NCBI GenBank assembly: GCA_041389495.1
Contig: JAWKRT010000004.1
Coordinates: 165,262 to 229,261, forward strand
DNA from: Myxococcota bacterium
GTDB lineage: Bacteria; Myxococcota_A; UBA9160; UBA4427
Direction: 5' to 3'
DNA: 64,000 nucleotides
The notes beneath the pieces were generated by a model. The model saw nothing but the letters and a program-made list of their open reading frames with translations. It had not been told where the DNA came from and did no database searches. Positions 10,706-20,782 of this stretch are shown piece after piece (positions within the stretch are counted from its first letter, which is position 1; every line of letters starts with the position of its first letter). The position numbers and the translations under genes were made by a program.

Positions 10706-11611
10706 ATGGCGGACCGACAGCTCGAGCCCGACGCGGCGGTGCGCACTCGCGCGCCGGCCGCGGCGCATCCATTCCGCGAAGGCACGACGACGCTGATGGG
10801 CGTGCTGAACGCGACGCCCGACTCGTTCTCCGACGGTGGCCGCTTCGTGCGGGGCGAGCGTGTCGACCTCGCCGGCGCGCTCGCGGCGGCGAAGGAGCTC
10901 GAGGAGGGCGGCGCCGACGTGCTCGACGTCGGCGGCGAGTCGACGCGTCCCGGTGCCGAGCCCGTCTCGCTCGAGGTCGAGCTCGCGCGCGTGCGGCCGG
11001 TCGTCGAGGCGCTCGCCGAAGCGACCGGGCTCCCGATCTCGATCGACACCCGGAAGGCGCGCGTCGCCGCCGAGGCGATCGCCGCCGGAGCGCGCGTCGT
11101 GAACGACGTGTCGGGTCTGCGGACGGATCCGGAGCTCGCCGACGTCGCGGCCGAGGCGGGCGCTTGGCTCGTCGTGGGCCACATGCGCGGCACGCCCGCG
11201 ACCATGCAACGCGCGCCGCGCTTCGACGACGTGCGGGCCGAGGTCGCGCGCGAGCTCGCGGCTTCGATCGCGCTCGCGCGCGAGCGCGGCGTGCCGGCCG
11301 ACCGCATCGTGGCCGACCCGGGGATCGGCTTCGGCAAGCGACTCGAGGACAACCTGGTGCTGATCGCGCGCGCCGGCGAGCTGCGGCGCGAGCTCGGCGT
11401 CCCCGTCCTGCTCGGGCCGTCGCGCAAGTCGTTCCTCGGCGCGCTGACGGGCGACCCGGTCGAGCGGCGCGACGACGCGACGCTCGCCGTCTGTGCCGTC
11501 GCGAGCTTCCTCGGGGTCGACGCGCTGCGCGTCCACGACGCGGCGCGCGTGCGGCGCGCCGTCGCCGTCGGGCGCGCGCTCGCCGCGGCGCGCCCGGAGG
11601 ACGCCCGATGA
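10706..11611 (+). CDS. folP: Dihydropteroate synthase
   Basis: GVLNATPDSFSDGG, DVGGESTRPG, GIGFGK motifs. 301 aa. Confidence 0.93.
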   Translation: MADRQLEPDAAVRTRAPAAAHPFREGTTTLMGVLNATPDSFSDGGRFVRGERVDLAGALAAAKELEEGGADVLDVGGESTRPGAEPVSLEVELARVRPVVEALAEATGLPISIDTRKARVAAEAIAAGARVVNDVSGLRTDPELADVAAEAGAWLVVGHMRGTPATMQRAPRFDDVRAEVARELAASIALARERGVPADRIVADPGIGFGKRLEDNLVLIARAGELRRELGVPVLLGPSRKSFLGALTGDPVERRDDATLAVCAVASFLGVDALRVHDAARVRRAVAVGRALAAARPEDAR

Positions 11612-12489
11612 TCGGCTACCTCTGGCAGCTCCTCGTCGACTTCATCGAGTTCATCGGGACGCGCTTCTCGTGGCGCGACGCGATCGACATCGCGATCGTC
11701 GCGTTCGCGGTCTACTGGCTGCTGCTGCTCATCCGCGGCACGCGCGCGGTCCAGATCCTCGTCGGCGTGATCGTGCTGATCGCGCTCTCGCTCGCCTCGC
11801 AGTTCTTCCAGTTCGCGACCACGCGCTGGATCCTCGACACGTTCATGGGCTCGGCGGTGCTGATCATCGTCGTGCTCTTCCAGCACGACATCCGGCGCGC
11901 GCTCGCGCGCGTGGGCCGCTTCGGCTTCTTCCTCACGCCCGAGCACGAGGAGTCCGCCATGGTCGAGGAGGTCGTGCGCGCGGCGCAGATCCTCGCCCAG
12001 CGCCGCGTCGGCGCGCTGATGGTGATCGAGCGCGAGAGCATCCTGTCCGAGCAGATCGAGCAGGGCACGCGGCTCGACGCCGACGTCTCGAAGGAGCTGC
12101 TGGTGTCGCTCTTCCAGACGCAGTCGCCGCTGCACGACGGCGCGGTGATCCTGCGCGACGGGCGCATCCTGTCGGCCGGGTGCATCCTGCCGCTCACGCT
12201 GCGCCAGGATCTCCCCGACGGCGTCGGGACGCGGCACCGCGCGGCCGTCGGCGTCACCGAGGAGACGGACGCGCTCGTGATCGTCGTGTCCGAGGAGACG
12301 GCGGGCATCTCGATCGTCCTCGGCGGCGACATGCTGCGCAACCTCGACGGGCCGCACCTGCGCGTCGTGCTGCAGGAGATCCTCGCGGGCGAGCGCAAGG
12401 AGCTGCCCGAGGAGGTCGACGACGTGCGGCGGCCGCTCGAGCTCGCGGAGGCGGGCGGTGCCGATCGCACGAGCGGGTCGCGCGCCTAG
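11608..12489 (+). CDS. cdaA: Diadenylate cyclase CdaA (c-di-AMP synthase), membrane-anchored
   Basis: The ATG at 11608 overlaps the folP stop (ATGA). Three N-terminal TM segments. DAC-domain motifs HDGAVIL and GTRHRAA. Confidence 0.9.
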   Translation: MIGYLWQLLVDFIEFIGTRFSWRDAIDIAIVAFAVYWLLLLIRGTRAVQILVGVIVLIALSLASQFFQFATTRWILDTFMGSAVLIIVVLFQHDIRRALARVGRFGFFLTPEHEESAMVEEVVRAAQILAQRRVGALMVIERESILSEQIEQGTRLDADVSKELLVSLFQTQSPLHDGAVILRDGRILSAGCILPLTLRQDLPDGVGTRHRAAVGVTEETDALVIVVSEETAGISIVLGGDMLRNLDGPHLRVVLQEILAGERKELPEEVDDVRRPLELAEAGGADRTSGSRA

Positions 12490-12515
12490 CCAGCACGCAG
12501 GGGGAAGAGGGGCGC

Positions 12516-13217
12516 ATGGCGCGTCGTCGGTACTCGAACTTCCGGCCCGGGGCGATGATCCTCTCGGTGCTGATCGCGAGCTTCCTGTGGGCCGTCTCGC
12601 AGGGGCAGGCGAACATCGAGCAGCTCGTCGCAGTGCCGGTCGAGCTGCGCCAGATCCCCGAGGACCTCGTCATCACCGATCGCAACGCCGACGCGCTGAG
12701 CCTCCACCTGCGCGGCACGGCGGCCGCGCTGCGCAACATCGACAAGAAGGCGCTCGTCTTCCCGATCGACCTCTCGAAGAGCAAGCGCGGGACGACGACG
12801 ATCAACGTGCCGAACCCGCCCGTCGAGCTGCCGCGCGGCGTGACGACCTCGCAGCTCGCGCCGTCGCAGCTCACGGTGACGCTCGACTCGAAGGCGCGGA
12901 AGTCCGTGTCGGTGAAGCCCGACATCGAGGGCGAGCCCGCCGAGGGCTTCCGCCTCAAGGACCTGCGCGTCGTGCCGAACCGCGTCTGGCTCGCCGGCGC
13001 GCGCAGCCAGGTGCTGCGGCTCGACGAGGTCGTCACGGAGCCCGTGAACCTCGCGGGGTTGTCGCAGAGCGAGGAGCGCGAGGTGCGGCTCTACCTCGGC
13101 GGCGGCCGGGTCTGGAAGGAGGACGACGCGCCGGTGCGCGTCGTGATCGAGATCGAGCCCGTCGAGCCGCCGCCCGGCGAGGGCGGCGCGGACGCGCGCT
13201 CGGGAGTGGCGGGATGA
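12516..13217 (+). CDS. cdaR: YbbR-domain protein (CdaR-like regulator of CdaA)
   Basis: N-terminal TM segment followed by YbbR-like beta-rich repeats (VPVELRQIPEDLVITD..., VSVKPDIEGEPAEGFRL...). Its position between cdaA and glmM matches the conserved cdaA-cdaR-glmM operon. Confidence 0.75.
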   Translation: MARRRYSNFRPGAMILSVLIASFLWAVSQGQANIEQLVAVPVELRQIPEDLVITDRNADALSLHLRGTAAALRNIDKKALVFPIDLSKSKRGTTTINVPNPPVELPRGVTTSQLAPSQLTVTLDSKARKSVSVKPDIEGEPAEGFRLKDLRVVPNRVWLAGARSQVLRLDEVVTEPVNLAGLSQSEEREVRLYLGGGRVWKEDDAPVRVVIEIEPVEPPPGEGGADARSGVAG

Positions 13218-14596
13218 GCGAGGTGGAGACGGCGCCGCCGCGGCCGCGGAGGCTCTTCGGGACGGACGGCGTGCGCGGCACGGCGAACGTGCACCCCATG
13301 ACGGCGCCGATGGCGCTCAAGCTCGGGCAGGCGATCGCGCACGTCTTCCGCGGACGCGGGCGGCGGCGCGTGCTGATCGGCAAGGACACGCGCCTGTCCG
13401 GCTACATGTTCGAGGACGCGCTCGCGTCGGGCATCTGCTCGATGGGCGCGAACGTCATCCAGGTCGGGCCGATGCCGACGCCCGCGCTCGCCTTCCTCAC
13501 GGCCGACATGCGCTGCGACGCCGGCGTCATGATCTCGGCGAGCCACAACCCCTACCAGGACAACGGCATCAAGTTCTTCGGGCACGATGGCTTCAAGCTC
13601 GCCGACGAGCTCGAGGCGCGCATCGAGGCGCTGGTCGAGAGCGGCGAGCTCGACGCGGCGACCGCCGACCCCGACGAGATCGGTCAGGCGCGGCGCATCG
13701 ACGACGCCGAGGGCCGCTACGTCGTCTTCCTCAAGAAGACGTTCCCGATGGACCTCGAGCTCGAGGGCATGCGCGTCGTGCTCGACTGCGCGAACGGTGC
13801 GGCCTACAAGGTCGGGCCGACGGTGCTGTCCGAGCTCGGCGCCGAGGTCTTCCCGATCGCCGTCGAGCCGAACGGCCGCAACATCAACCGCGAGTGCGGC
13901 TCGACGCACCCCGAGAAGGCGGCCTCGCGCGTGCGCGAGGTGCGCGCGGACGTCGGCATCGCCGTCGACGGCGACGCCGACCGCGTGATCCTGATCGACG
14001 AGCGCGGCGAGCAGGTCGACGGCGACCAGGTGCTCGCGCTCTGCGCGCGCGACCTGCACGAGCGCAAGGAGCTGCGCGGCGGCGGCATCGTCGCGACCGT
14101 GATGAGCAACCTCGGCCTCGAGCGGTTCCTCGCGGCCCGCGGGCTCGGGCTCGAGCGCACGCAGGTGGGCGACCGCTACGTCGTCGAGGCGATGCGCGCC
14201 GGCGGCTACAACCTCGGCGGCGAGCAGAGCGGCCACGTCGTCTTCACGGACTACGGTCGCACCGGCGACGGCCTGATGACCGCGCTCCAGGTGCTCGCGA
14301 TCATGGCGCGCAGCGGTCGCAGGCTCTCGGACCTCGCGTCCGACTTCGAGCGCTTCCCCCAGGTGCTCGTCAACGTCGCGGTCGCGAGCAAGCGCCCGCT
14401 CGAGGAGCTGCCCGGCGTGCAGGCGGCGATCCGCCGCGTCGAGGCCGAGCTCGCGGGGCGCGGCCGCGTGCTGATCCGCTACAGCGGCACCGAGCTCAAG
14501 GCGCGCGTGATGGTCGAAGGCGAGGACGAGGCGCGCGTGCGCGAGATCGCGGGCGATCTCGCCGACGAGCTGCGCCGCTCGCTCGGGGGGGTGTGA
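13214..14596 (+). CDS. glmM: Phosphoglucosamine mutase
   Basis: The ATG at 13214 overlaps the upstream stop (ATGA). LFGTDGVRG, active-site loop SASHNPYQDNGIKFF, and GEQSGH. Confidence 0.95.
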   Translation: MSEVETAPPRPRRLFGTDGVRGTANVHPMTAPMALKLGQAIAHVFRGRGRRRVLIGKDTRLSGYMFEDALASGICSMGANVIQVGPMPTPALAFLTADMRCDAGVMISASHNPYQDNGIKFFGHDGFKLADELEARIEALVESGELDAATADPDEIGQARRIDDAEGRYVVFLKKTFPMDLELEGMRVVLDCANGAAYKVGPTVLSELGAEVFPIAVEPNGRNINRECGSTHPEKAASRVREVRADVGIAVDGDADRVILIDERGEQVDGDQVLALCARDLHERKELRGGGIVATVMSNLGLERFLAARGLGLERTQVGDRYVVEAMRAGGYNLGGEQSGHVVFTDYGRTGDGLMTALQVLAIMARSGRRLSDLASDFERFPQVLVNVAVASKRPLEELPGVQAAIRRVEAELAGRGRVLIRYSGTELKARVMVEGEDEARVREIAGDLADELRRSLGGV

Positions 14597-15309
14597 TGCG
14601 GAACCTGATCGTCTCGCTCGACGCGATCGCGGGCCTCGCCGAGGCGTCCGCCGGCCGCGCGAGCTTCGACCTCGGCGCGGCGGCCGCGCTCGCCGAGCTC
14701 GCCGGCGCGGGCGGCGTGCGCATCGGACTGCGCGAGGACCTGCGCCCGATCGGCGAGGCCGAGGTGCTCCACCTGCGCCGCGCGAGCCGCTCGCTCGAGC
14801 TTCGCCTGCCGCCGTCGCCCGGCCTCCTGAAGCCCGCGCTCGAAGCGCGACCCGACCGCGTCGTGATCGCCGGCGAGAGCTGGGAGAGCCTCGGCGGCGC
14901 GACGCCGCTCGACCTGCGCACGCAGGCGCAGGCCGTGCAGGCGATGCTGCGCTCGCTCGACGACGCGGCGATCCCGGCCGTGCTCGTGCTGGCGCCGTCG
15001 CTCGACGCCGTGAAGGCCGGCCACGGGCTCGGCGCCCGCAGCGTCGAGCTCTACACGGGCGCGACCGTCGACCTGCCGCGCGCCGAGCGGCGCGCCGCGC
15101 TCGAGCAGCTCGCGGACGCGACGCGGCTCGCGAGCAAGCTGCGGCTCGGCCTGTCGATCGGCGGCGCGCTCGACGACCGCAGCGCGCCGGAGGTGCTCGA
15201 GGTCGCGCCGTCGGCCGAGCGCGTCGCGATCGGCCGCGCGTTCGCCGCGCGCGCCTTGCTCGTCGGCGTCGATCGCGCGGTGCGCGACCTGCGCGCGCGC
15301 GTCGAGTAG
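14596..15309 (+). CDS. PdxJ-like (pyridoxine 5'-phosphate synthase fold) protein with substituted catalytic residues
   Basis: 237 aa, collinear with Pdx[12 protein letters not shown] aligns with [20 protein letters not shown] with VHLREDRRHI, and SIGGAL with NAGHGL. The ATG shares one nucleotide with the glmM TGA. Confidence 0.6.
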   Translation: MRNLIVSLDAIAGLAEASAGRASFDLGAAAALAELAGAGGVRIGLREDLRPIGEAEVLHLRRASRSLELRLPPSPGLLKPALEARPDRVVIAGESWESLGGATPLDLRTQAQAVQAMLRSLDDAAIPAVLVLAPSLDAVKAGHGLGARSVELYTGATVDLPRAERRAALEQLADATRLASKLRLGLSIGGALDDRSAPEVLEVAPSAERVAIGRAFAARALLVGVDRAVRDLRARVE

Positions 15310-15320
15310 CGGGGCGCGCG

Positions 15321-16994
15321 ATGCGCGCGGCCTGGCCCCTCGCGACCGCCTCCGAGATGCGCGCGCTCGACGCGCACACGATCGAGCACCTCGGCGTGCC
15401 GGGCGAGATCCTGATGGAGAGCGCGGGCCGCGCGGTCGCCGACGTCGCACTCGCCGAATGGCGCGCGCTCGGGCGCGGCGACGCCGAGGTGCTCGTCGCG
15501 TGCGGGCGCGGCCACAACGGCGGCGACGGCTTCGTGGTCGCGCGCCACCTCCACCTGCTCGACGTGCCCGTGCGCGCCGCGCTGCTCGGCGGCGAGCGCG
15601 CGGCGAGCGGACTGCGCGGCGACGCCGCCGCGGCGTTCGCGCGCATGCGCGCCGTCGGCGTGCGCTGCGAGGGCGATCGCTGGCGCGCACCCGCCGCCGG
15701 CGTCGTGGTCGACGCGCTCTTCGGAACGGGGCTCTCGCGCGCGCTCGACGGCGCCGCCGCGGCGGCCGTGCGGCGCATCGCGCGCGCGCGCGCGGCGGGC
15801 TGCCGCGTCGTCGCCGTCGACCTCCCGTCGGGCCTCGACGCCGACACGGGTGCCGCGCTCGGCGCGTGCGTCGAGGCCGATGTCACGGTCGCGATCGGGC
15901 TCCCGAAGCTCGGGCTCGCGCTCGAGCCCGGGCGCGCGCGCGCCGGGCGCATCTTCGTCGCGCGCATCGGCATCGCCGACGCGGCGCCCGGCGTCGGGCC
16001 GCTCGCGTTCGCGCCGACGCGCGCGGCCGCGGGCGCGCTGCTGCCGCCTCGCCCGGCGACCGGGCACAAGGGGAGCTTCGGCCACGTGCTGGTCGCGGCC
16101 GGCTCCGAGGGGAAGACGGGCGCGGCCGCGCTCGCCGCGCGCGCGGCCGCGCGGGCCGGCGCCGGGCTCGTGACGGTCGCGTGTCCGGCCGGGCTCGGCG
16201 ACGTGATGGAGACGCTCTGTCTCGAGGCCATGACCGCGCCGCTCGCCGACACCGCGCGCCGCGGGCTCGCCGCGGCGGCCGAGGACGCGCTGCTCGCGCT
16301 CGCGCGCGAGCGCGACGTCGTGGCGCTCGGGCCGGGGATCGGGCGCGAGGCCGACACGGGCGATCTCGTGCGCGCCTTCGCGAAGCGCTGCGAGCGCCCG
16401 CTCGTGCTCGACGCCGACGCGCTCTTCGCGTTCGGCGACGAGCTCGAGCGCCTTCGCGAGCGCGGTGCGCCGACCGTGCTCACGCCGCACCCCGGCGAGG
16501 CGGCACGCCTGCTCGGCGTGCGCGCCGCGGACGTGAACGCCGGGCGCGTCGCCTGCGCGCGCGAGCTCGCCCGGCGAAGCGGCGCCGTGGCGGTGCTGAA
16601 GGGCGCGCCGACCGTGGTCGCGGCGCCCGACGGAGCGATCGCCGTCAACCCGACGGGCGGTCCGGCCCTCGCGAGCGGCGGGACGGGCGACGTGCTCACC
16701 GGCGCCATCGCCGCGCTCGTCGCGCAGGGGGCGGACGCGTTCGCGGCGGCCGTCGCGGCGGTGTTCGCGCACGGGCTCGCCGGCGATCGGATCGGGCGCC
16801 GCATCGGCGACGCGGGCCTCCTCGCCGGCGATCTCGCCGACGCGCTCCCGGCGGCACTCGCCGCGTTGCGCGAAGCTGCGCGCGATGTCGCGTCCGACCG
16901 ACCCGTCCCCGGACCTCCCGCGCTGCTCGTGGCGTTTCCCGAGCCCGACCGCGACGCTCGCCGCCGGCGCCGCCCTCGCGCGCGCGTTCGCTGA
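15321..16994 (+). CDS. nnr: Bifunctional NAD(P)H-hydrate repair enzyme Nnr (YjeF_N epimerase + ADP-dependent dehydratase)
   Basis: N-terminal [15 protein letters not shown]-terminal carbohydrate-kinase-like domain with [11 protein letters not shown] and GGTGDVLTG. Confidence 0.9.
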   Translation: MRAAWPLATASEMRALDAHTIEHLGVPGEILMESAGRAVADVALAEWRALGRGDAEVLVACGRGHNGGDGFVVARHLHLLDVPVRAALLGGERAASGLRGDAAAAFARMRAVGVRCEGDRWRAPAAGVVVDALFGTGLSRALDGAAAAAVRRIARARAAGCRVVAVDLPSGLDADTGAALGACVEADVTVAIGLPKLGLALEPGRARAGRIFVARIGIADAAPGVGPLAFAPTRAAAGALLPPRPATGHKGSFGHVLVAAGSEGKTGAAALAARAAARAGAGLVTVACPAGLGDVMETLCLEAMTAPLADTARRGLAAAAEDALLALARERDVVALGPGIGREADTGDLVRAFAKRCERPLVLDADALFAFGDELERLRERGAPTVLTPHPGEAARLLGVRAADVNAGRVACARELARRSGAVAVLKGAPTVVAAPDGAIAVNPTGGPALASGGTGDVLTGAIAALVAQGADAFAAAVAAVFAHGLAGDRIGRRIGDAGLLAGDLADALPAALAALREAARDVASDRPVPGPPALLVAFPEPDRDARRRRRPRARVR

Positions 16995-17550
16995 GGCCGA
17001 GGCGGCGGGCGAGCTCGACGGGCCGCTCGTCGTCGCGCTCGCCGGCCCGCTCGGCGCCGGCAAGACGCAGCTCGCGAAGGGCGTCGGCGCGGGCTTCGGC
17101 TACGCGCCGGGCGACCTCGCGAGCCCGACGTTCACGATCGCGAACGGCTATCCGCTGCCCGGCGGCGGCGAGCTCCTGCACGTCGACGCCTACCGGCTCG
17201 CGGGGCCCGAGGAGCTGCGCGCGGCGGGCTTCGACGACGCGCTCGAGCCCGGCCGCGTCGTCGTCGTCGAGTGGCCCGAGCGCGTCGCCGGCGCGCTGCC
17301 CGACGACCGGCTCGACATCGTCCTCTCGCTCGAAGCCGGCGCCGCGGGGCTTGTCGCGGACGCCCCGGTCGGGGACGATTCCGCGCCCGCGGGCGCCCCG
17401 GTCGCGGCCCGCCGCGCCGAAGCGCGCGCGCGCGGACGGGACGCGGCCCGCGTGCTCGTGCGGATGCGTTCCCTGCTCGACGCGGTGCGCGGCGCCGGAC
17501 GGGACGAGGACGGCGCGCGAGACGAGCCGTCGGCGGACGGTCGCGACTGA
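16885..17550 (+). CDS. tsaE: tRNA t6A37 biosynthesis protein TsaE with a C-terminal extension
   Basis: P-loop [33 protein letters not shown]. It overlaps the nnr 3' end by 110 nt in another frame. About 70 extra Ala/Arg/Asp-rich residues at the C-terminus. Confidence 0.8.
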   Translation: MSRPTDPSPDLPRCSWRFPSPTATLAAGAALARAFAEAEAAGELDGPLVVALAGPLGAGKTQLAKGVGAGFGYAPGDLASPTFTIANGYPLPGGGELLHVDAYRLAGPEELRAAGFDDALEPGRVVVVEWPERVAGALPDDRLDIVLSLEAGAAGLVADAPVGDDSAPAGAPVAARRAEARARGRDAARVLVRMRSLLDAVRGAGRDEDGARDEPSADGRD

Positions 17551-17587
17551 CGATCAGCGCGCCCGCGACGGGCGAGGAGTGCGATTC

Positions 17588-18826
17588 GTGGCCCTGGTGG
17601 TGCAGAAGTTCGGCGGCACGAGCGTCGGCGACCCCGAGCGCATCCGGAACGTCGCGCGGCGCGTCGTCGAGACGCATCGCGCGGGCCACCGGGTGGTCGT
17701 GTGCGTCTCGGCGATGGCGGGCGAGACGAACGCGCTCGTCGCGCTCGCGAACGACGTCGGCGGCGAGCAGCCGAGCGCGCGCGAGTACGACGTGCTCGTC
17801 GCGACGGGCGAGCAGAAGACGATCGCGCTGCTCGCGATGGCGATCCATCGGCTCGGGGTGGACGCGCAGAGCTTCACCGGCGCGCAGATGGGCATGCGCA
17901 CGGATTCGGACCACGCGCGCGCGCGCATCCAGAGCATCGACACGGAGGCGCTGCGCGCCGTCCTCGACCGCGGTGCGATCGCGGTGATCGCGGGCTTCCA
18001 GGGCGTCGACGACGAGGGCGACATCACGACGCTCGGTCGCGGGGGCTCGGACACCTCGGCCGTCGCCGTCGCCTGCGCGCTCGGCGCCGACGTGTGCGAG
18101 ATCTACACGGACGTCGACGGCGTGTACACGACCGACCCGCGCATGTGCGCGCGAGCGCGCAAGCTCGCGCGCGTCTCCTTCGAGGAGATGCTCGAGATGG
18201 CGAGCCTCGGCGCGAAGGTGCTGCAGATCCGCTCGGTCAAGTTCGCGATGCGGTACGGCCTTCCGATCCACGTGCGATCGAGCTTCGACGCGTCGGAGGG
18301 CACATGGGTGGTGCGCGAGGAGGACCTGATGGAGCACATGATCGTTTCGGGCATCACCTTCAACCGCGACGAGGCGAAGATCCGGGTGCTCGGGGTGAAG
18401 GACCAGCCCGGGGTCGCGAGCCGCGTCTTCACGCCGCTCTCCGACGCCGGCATCGTCGTCGACATGATCATCCAGAACCTCGGCTCCGATGCGATGACGG
18501 ACCTCACGTTCACGGTGCCGCGGGGCGACTTCAAGCGCGCCTTCGAGCTCGCGCGCAACGCGGGGCGGGACATCGGTGCGCGCGACGTCGAGGGCGCGAC
18601 GGACGTCGCGAAGGTGTCGCTCGTCGGCCTCGGCATGCGCGACCACGCGGGCGTCGCGTCGAGGGCGTTCCGCGTGCTGGCGGACGAGGGCATCAACATC
18701 CAGGCCATCACGACGAGCGAGATCAAGATCTCGGTGCTCGTCGATGAGAAGTACACGGAGCTCGCCGTGCGCGCGCTGCACCACGCCTTCATCGAAGAGG
18801 GTGTGATGGAGCCGCGCGCGGAGTAG
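17588..18826 (+). CDS. lysC: Aspartate kinase with tandem C-terminal ACT domains
   Basis: GTG start 8 nt after [26 protein letters not shown], and an ACT-like C-terminus ([13 protein letters not shown]..., [15 protein letters not shown]). Confidence 0.93.
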   Translation: MALVVQKFGGTSVGDPERIRNVARRVVETHRAGHRVVVCVSAMAGETNALVALANDVGGEQPSAREYDVLVATGEQKTIALLAMAIHRLGVDAQSFTGAQMGMRTDSDHARARIQSIDTEALRAVLDRGAIAVIAGFQGVDDEGDITTLGRGGSDTSAVAVACALGADVCEIYTDVDGVYTTDPRMCARARKLARVSFEEMLEMASLGAKVLQIRSVKFAMRYGLPIHVRSSFDASEGTWVVREEDLMEHMIVSGITFNRDEAKIRVLGVKDQPGVASRVFTPLSDAGIVVDMIIQNLGSDAMTDLTFTVPRGDFKRAFELARNAGRDIGARDVEGATDVAKVSLVGLGMRDHAGVASRAFRVLADEGINIQAITTSEIKISVLVDEKYTELAVRALHHAFIEEGVMEPRAE

Positions 18827-18860
18827 CCGTGCGTCCCCGCGGTCCCGCGGAGCCGCCCGC

Positions 18861-19547
18861 TTGGACAGCCGGTCCCCGCCGCCCCGATGCGGCGCGCCCG
18901 CGCGCCCGGAGCGCGGTGCGCTCCCCGTCCGCCTCGTCGCCGCGCTGCTGCTCGGCCTCGCGCCGCTCGCGCGCTGCGCGGAGCCGGGGCCGCCGCCCGA
19001 GGCGCGCGTCGCGGGGGCGGACCGCGCGGCGGTGCAGCTGCTCGCCGGCGGGCGACTCGACCCGAACCGGGCCGCGGCGAGGGACCTCGAGCTGCTCCCG
19101 GGCATCGGGCCCGCCCGCGCGGAGGCGATCGCCCGCGCGGCGCGCGCCGCTCCCTTCGCGCGCCCCGACGACCTCGCCCGCGTTCCCGGCATCGGGCCGC
19201 GGACCGTCGCGCGGCTCGCGCCGTGGCTCGCCGTGGGCGGCGATCGTGCGAACGGCGCGCGCGGATCGGGCGGCGCGTTGCCGATGAGCTGCGAAGCTCC
19301 CACCCTCGGGCCGCCCGCATTCGCCGCGCCAGGAGGAACGACATGGCCGCACCGCCCGCCGAGCTCGTCGACCGCGCGCGGCGCTTCCTGTTCCACGACC
19401 TGTGGCGCGTCGAGGTCGAGGACCGGTCGCTCGCGACGCTGCCGATCCGCCTGCTGCAGTTCGGGTACATGGTCGTCGAGGGCTTCATCCGCGACGAGCT
19501 GCTGCTGCGGGCCAGCGCGCTCACCTACATCGTCTCCCTCTCGCTGA
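18861..19547 (+). CDS. ComEA-like tandem helix-hairpin-helix DNA-binding protein (3' end uncertain)
   Basis: Signal/lipobox-like LLLGLAPLARC, then two HhH motifs (LLPGIGPARAEAI, RVPGIGPRTVARL). The frame has no stop until 19547, so the last ~200 nt overlap yihY and translate to low-complexity Ser/Arg/Cys sequence. Confidence 0.55.
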   Translation: MDSRSPPPRCGAPARPERGALPVRLVAALLLGLAPLARCAEPGPPPEARVAGADRAAVQLLAGGRLDPNRAAARDLELLPGIGPARAEAIARAARAAPFARPDDLARVPGIGPRTVARLAPWLAVGGDRANGARGSGGALPMSCEAPTLGPPAFAAPGGTTWPHRPPSSSTARGASCSTTCGASRSRTGRSRRCRSACCSSGTWSSRASSATSCCCGPARSPTSSPSR

Positions 19548-20713
19548 TCCCGCTGCTCGTGGTGGTGCTGTCGCTCCTGTCCGCGCTCGGCATGACGAGC
19601 GGCCTCGTCGAGGCCGCGATCGACTACCTCGCGATCCCGGGCGCGCGCGAGACGGTGCTTCCGTACGTGCAGGGGGTCGATCTCTCGGGCTTCGGCACGC
19701 TCGGCGCCGCGATCCTGTTCGTGACGACCGTGCTCGCGCTGCGCCACGGCGAGCACGCGGTGAACGAGATCTGGGGCGTCGTCGCCGGAAGGAGCTGGAC
19801 GCGTCGCTTCACGGACTACCTGGCGATCCTGATCGTCGCTCCCGTGCTCCTGACGGTCGCGCTCTCGCTCGGGCCGACGCTGCGCTCGGACCCGGTCGTC
19901 GCCTGGCTCCTGCGCTTCCCCGCGTTCGAGTACGCCTACGCGCTCGGTCTGCGCTACGCGCCCGTCGTCCTGCTGACGCTCGCCTTCACGTTCGTCTACT
20001 GGTTCCTGCCGAACACCCAGGTGCGCGTCGCGAGCGCGGCGCTCGGCGGCGTCGTCGCGTCGGCGCTGTTCCTGATCGCGCAGGCGCTCTACGTCGACTT
20101 CAACGTCGGCGCGGCGACCTACAGCGCGTTCTTCGGCGCCGCGGCGACCGTGCCGCTGCTGCTCGTCTGGATCTACGTGTCGGCGTCCGTGTTCCTGCTC
20201 GGCGCGGAGATCTCGTTCGCGCACCAGAACCTCGCGACGTACCGGCGCGAGGTGCAGGGCGAGCGGCCGGCGCCGGCCGAGCGCGAGGTGCTCGGCCTGT
20301 GCATCGCACTCGAGGTGGCGCGCGCCTTCCGCGATCGCGAGGGCTACTGCACGGCGGACGACCTGGCGGATCGGCTCGGCGTCCCCGTGCGGCCGGTGCG
20401 CGAGGTGATGGCGGCGCTCGAGCGCGAGGAGATCCTCGCGCCGTGCACGCCCGACGGGCGCGAGCCCGGCCACCAGCTCGGGCGTCCGAGCGAGGACGTG
20501 CGGGTGGCGGAGGTGCTCGCCGCGCTGCGCGGGACGCCGCGGCTCCCGAACGCCGCGCCCGCGGTCGGCGACACGGCGCGCGTCGTCGAGGGCGTCGTGG
20601 GCGACCTCGAGCGCGCGGTCGCGCCGGTCGCGCGCGAGACGACGCTCGCCACCCTGCTCGGTGCGCTCGAGCCGCGCGCACCGCTCGCGGGCCGCGAGGG
20701 CGTCGGCGCGTAG
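19343..20713 (+). CDS. YihY/BrkB (ribonuclease BN-like) family membrane protein with a C-terminal winged-helix-like extension
   Basis: ATG 7 nt after AGGAGG. ASALTYIVSLSLIPLLVV and about 6 TM segments typical of the YihY family. The ~140-aa soluble C-terminus (DDLADRLGVPVRPVREVMAALEREEIL) looks wHTH-like. Confidence 0.8.
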   Translation: MAAPPAELVDRARRFLFHDLWRVEVEDRSLATLPIRLLQFGYMVVEGFIRDELLLRASALTYIVSLSLIPLLVVVLSLLSALGMTSGLVEAAIDYLAIPGARETVLPYVQGVDLSGFGTLGAAILFVTTVLALRHGEHAVNEIWGVVAGRSWTRRFTDYLAILIVAPVLLTVALSLGPTLRSDPVVAWLLRFPAFEYAYALGLRYAPVVLLTLAFTFVYWFLPNTQVRVASAALGGVVASALFLIAQALYVDFNVGAATYSAFFGAAATVPLLLVWIYVSASVFLLGAEISFAHQNLATYRREVQGERPAPAEREVLGLCIALEVARAFRDREGYCTADDLADRLGVPVRPVREVMAALEREEILAPCTPDGREPGHQLGRPSEDVRVAEVLAALRGTPRLPNAAPAVGDTARVVEGVVGDLERAVAPVARETTLATLLGALEPRAPLAGREGVGA

Positions 20714-20782
20714 CGCCCGGGGCGCGTCGTGCGCGCCGGGCGAGCGCGGTGTCGCGCGGTCGGCCTGCTAGGTTCGGCGCGC

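Noticed and set aside
13091-16804. Very long antisense ORFs. Examples: 13091..16804 (1237 aa), 17132..20473, 25306..28632, 46131..49889, 57669..61247, 32731..35445, 8202..10772.
   Set aside because: They lie opposite genes with unambiguous conserved motifs (glmM, nnr, lysC, icmF, dnaE, ribBA, ftsH). Their translations are Arg/Ala/Pro/Gly-rich and low-complexity, with no recognisable motifs. Stop-free antisense frames are expected at this GC content.
16885-16994. Frameshift or pseudogene at the nnr/tsaE overlap.
   Set aside because: Both proteins retain complete conserved motifs. The overlap is just the non-conserved tail of Nnr reading through until the first stop. Long overlaps of this kind are common in GC-rich genomes.
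17551-17587. Lysine riboswitch or leader upstream of aspartokinase.
   Set aside because: Only 37 nt separate tsaE from the lysC start, which is far too short for an L-box.
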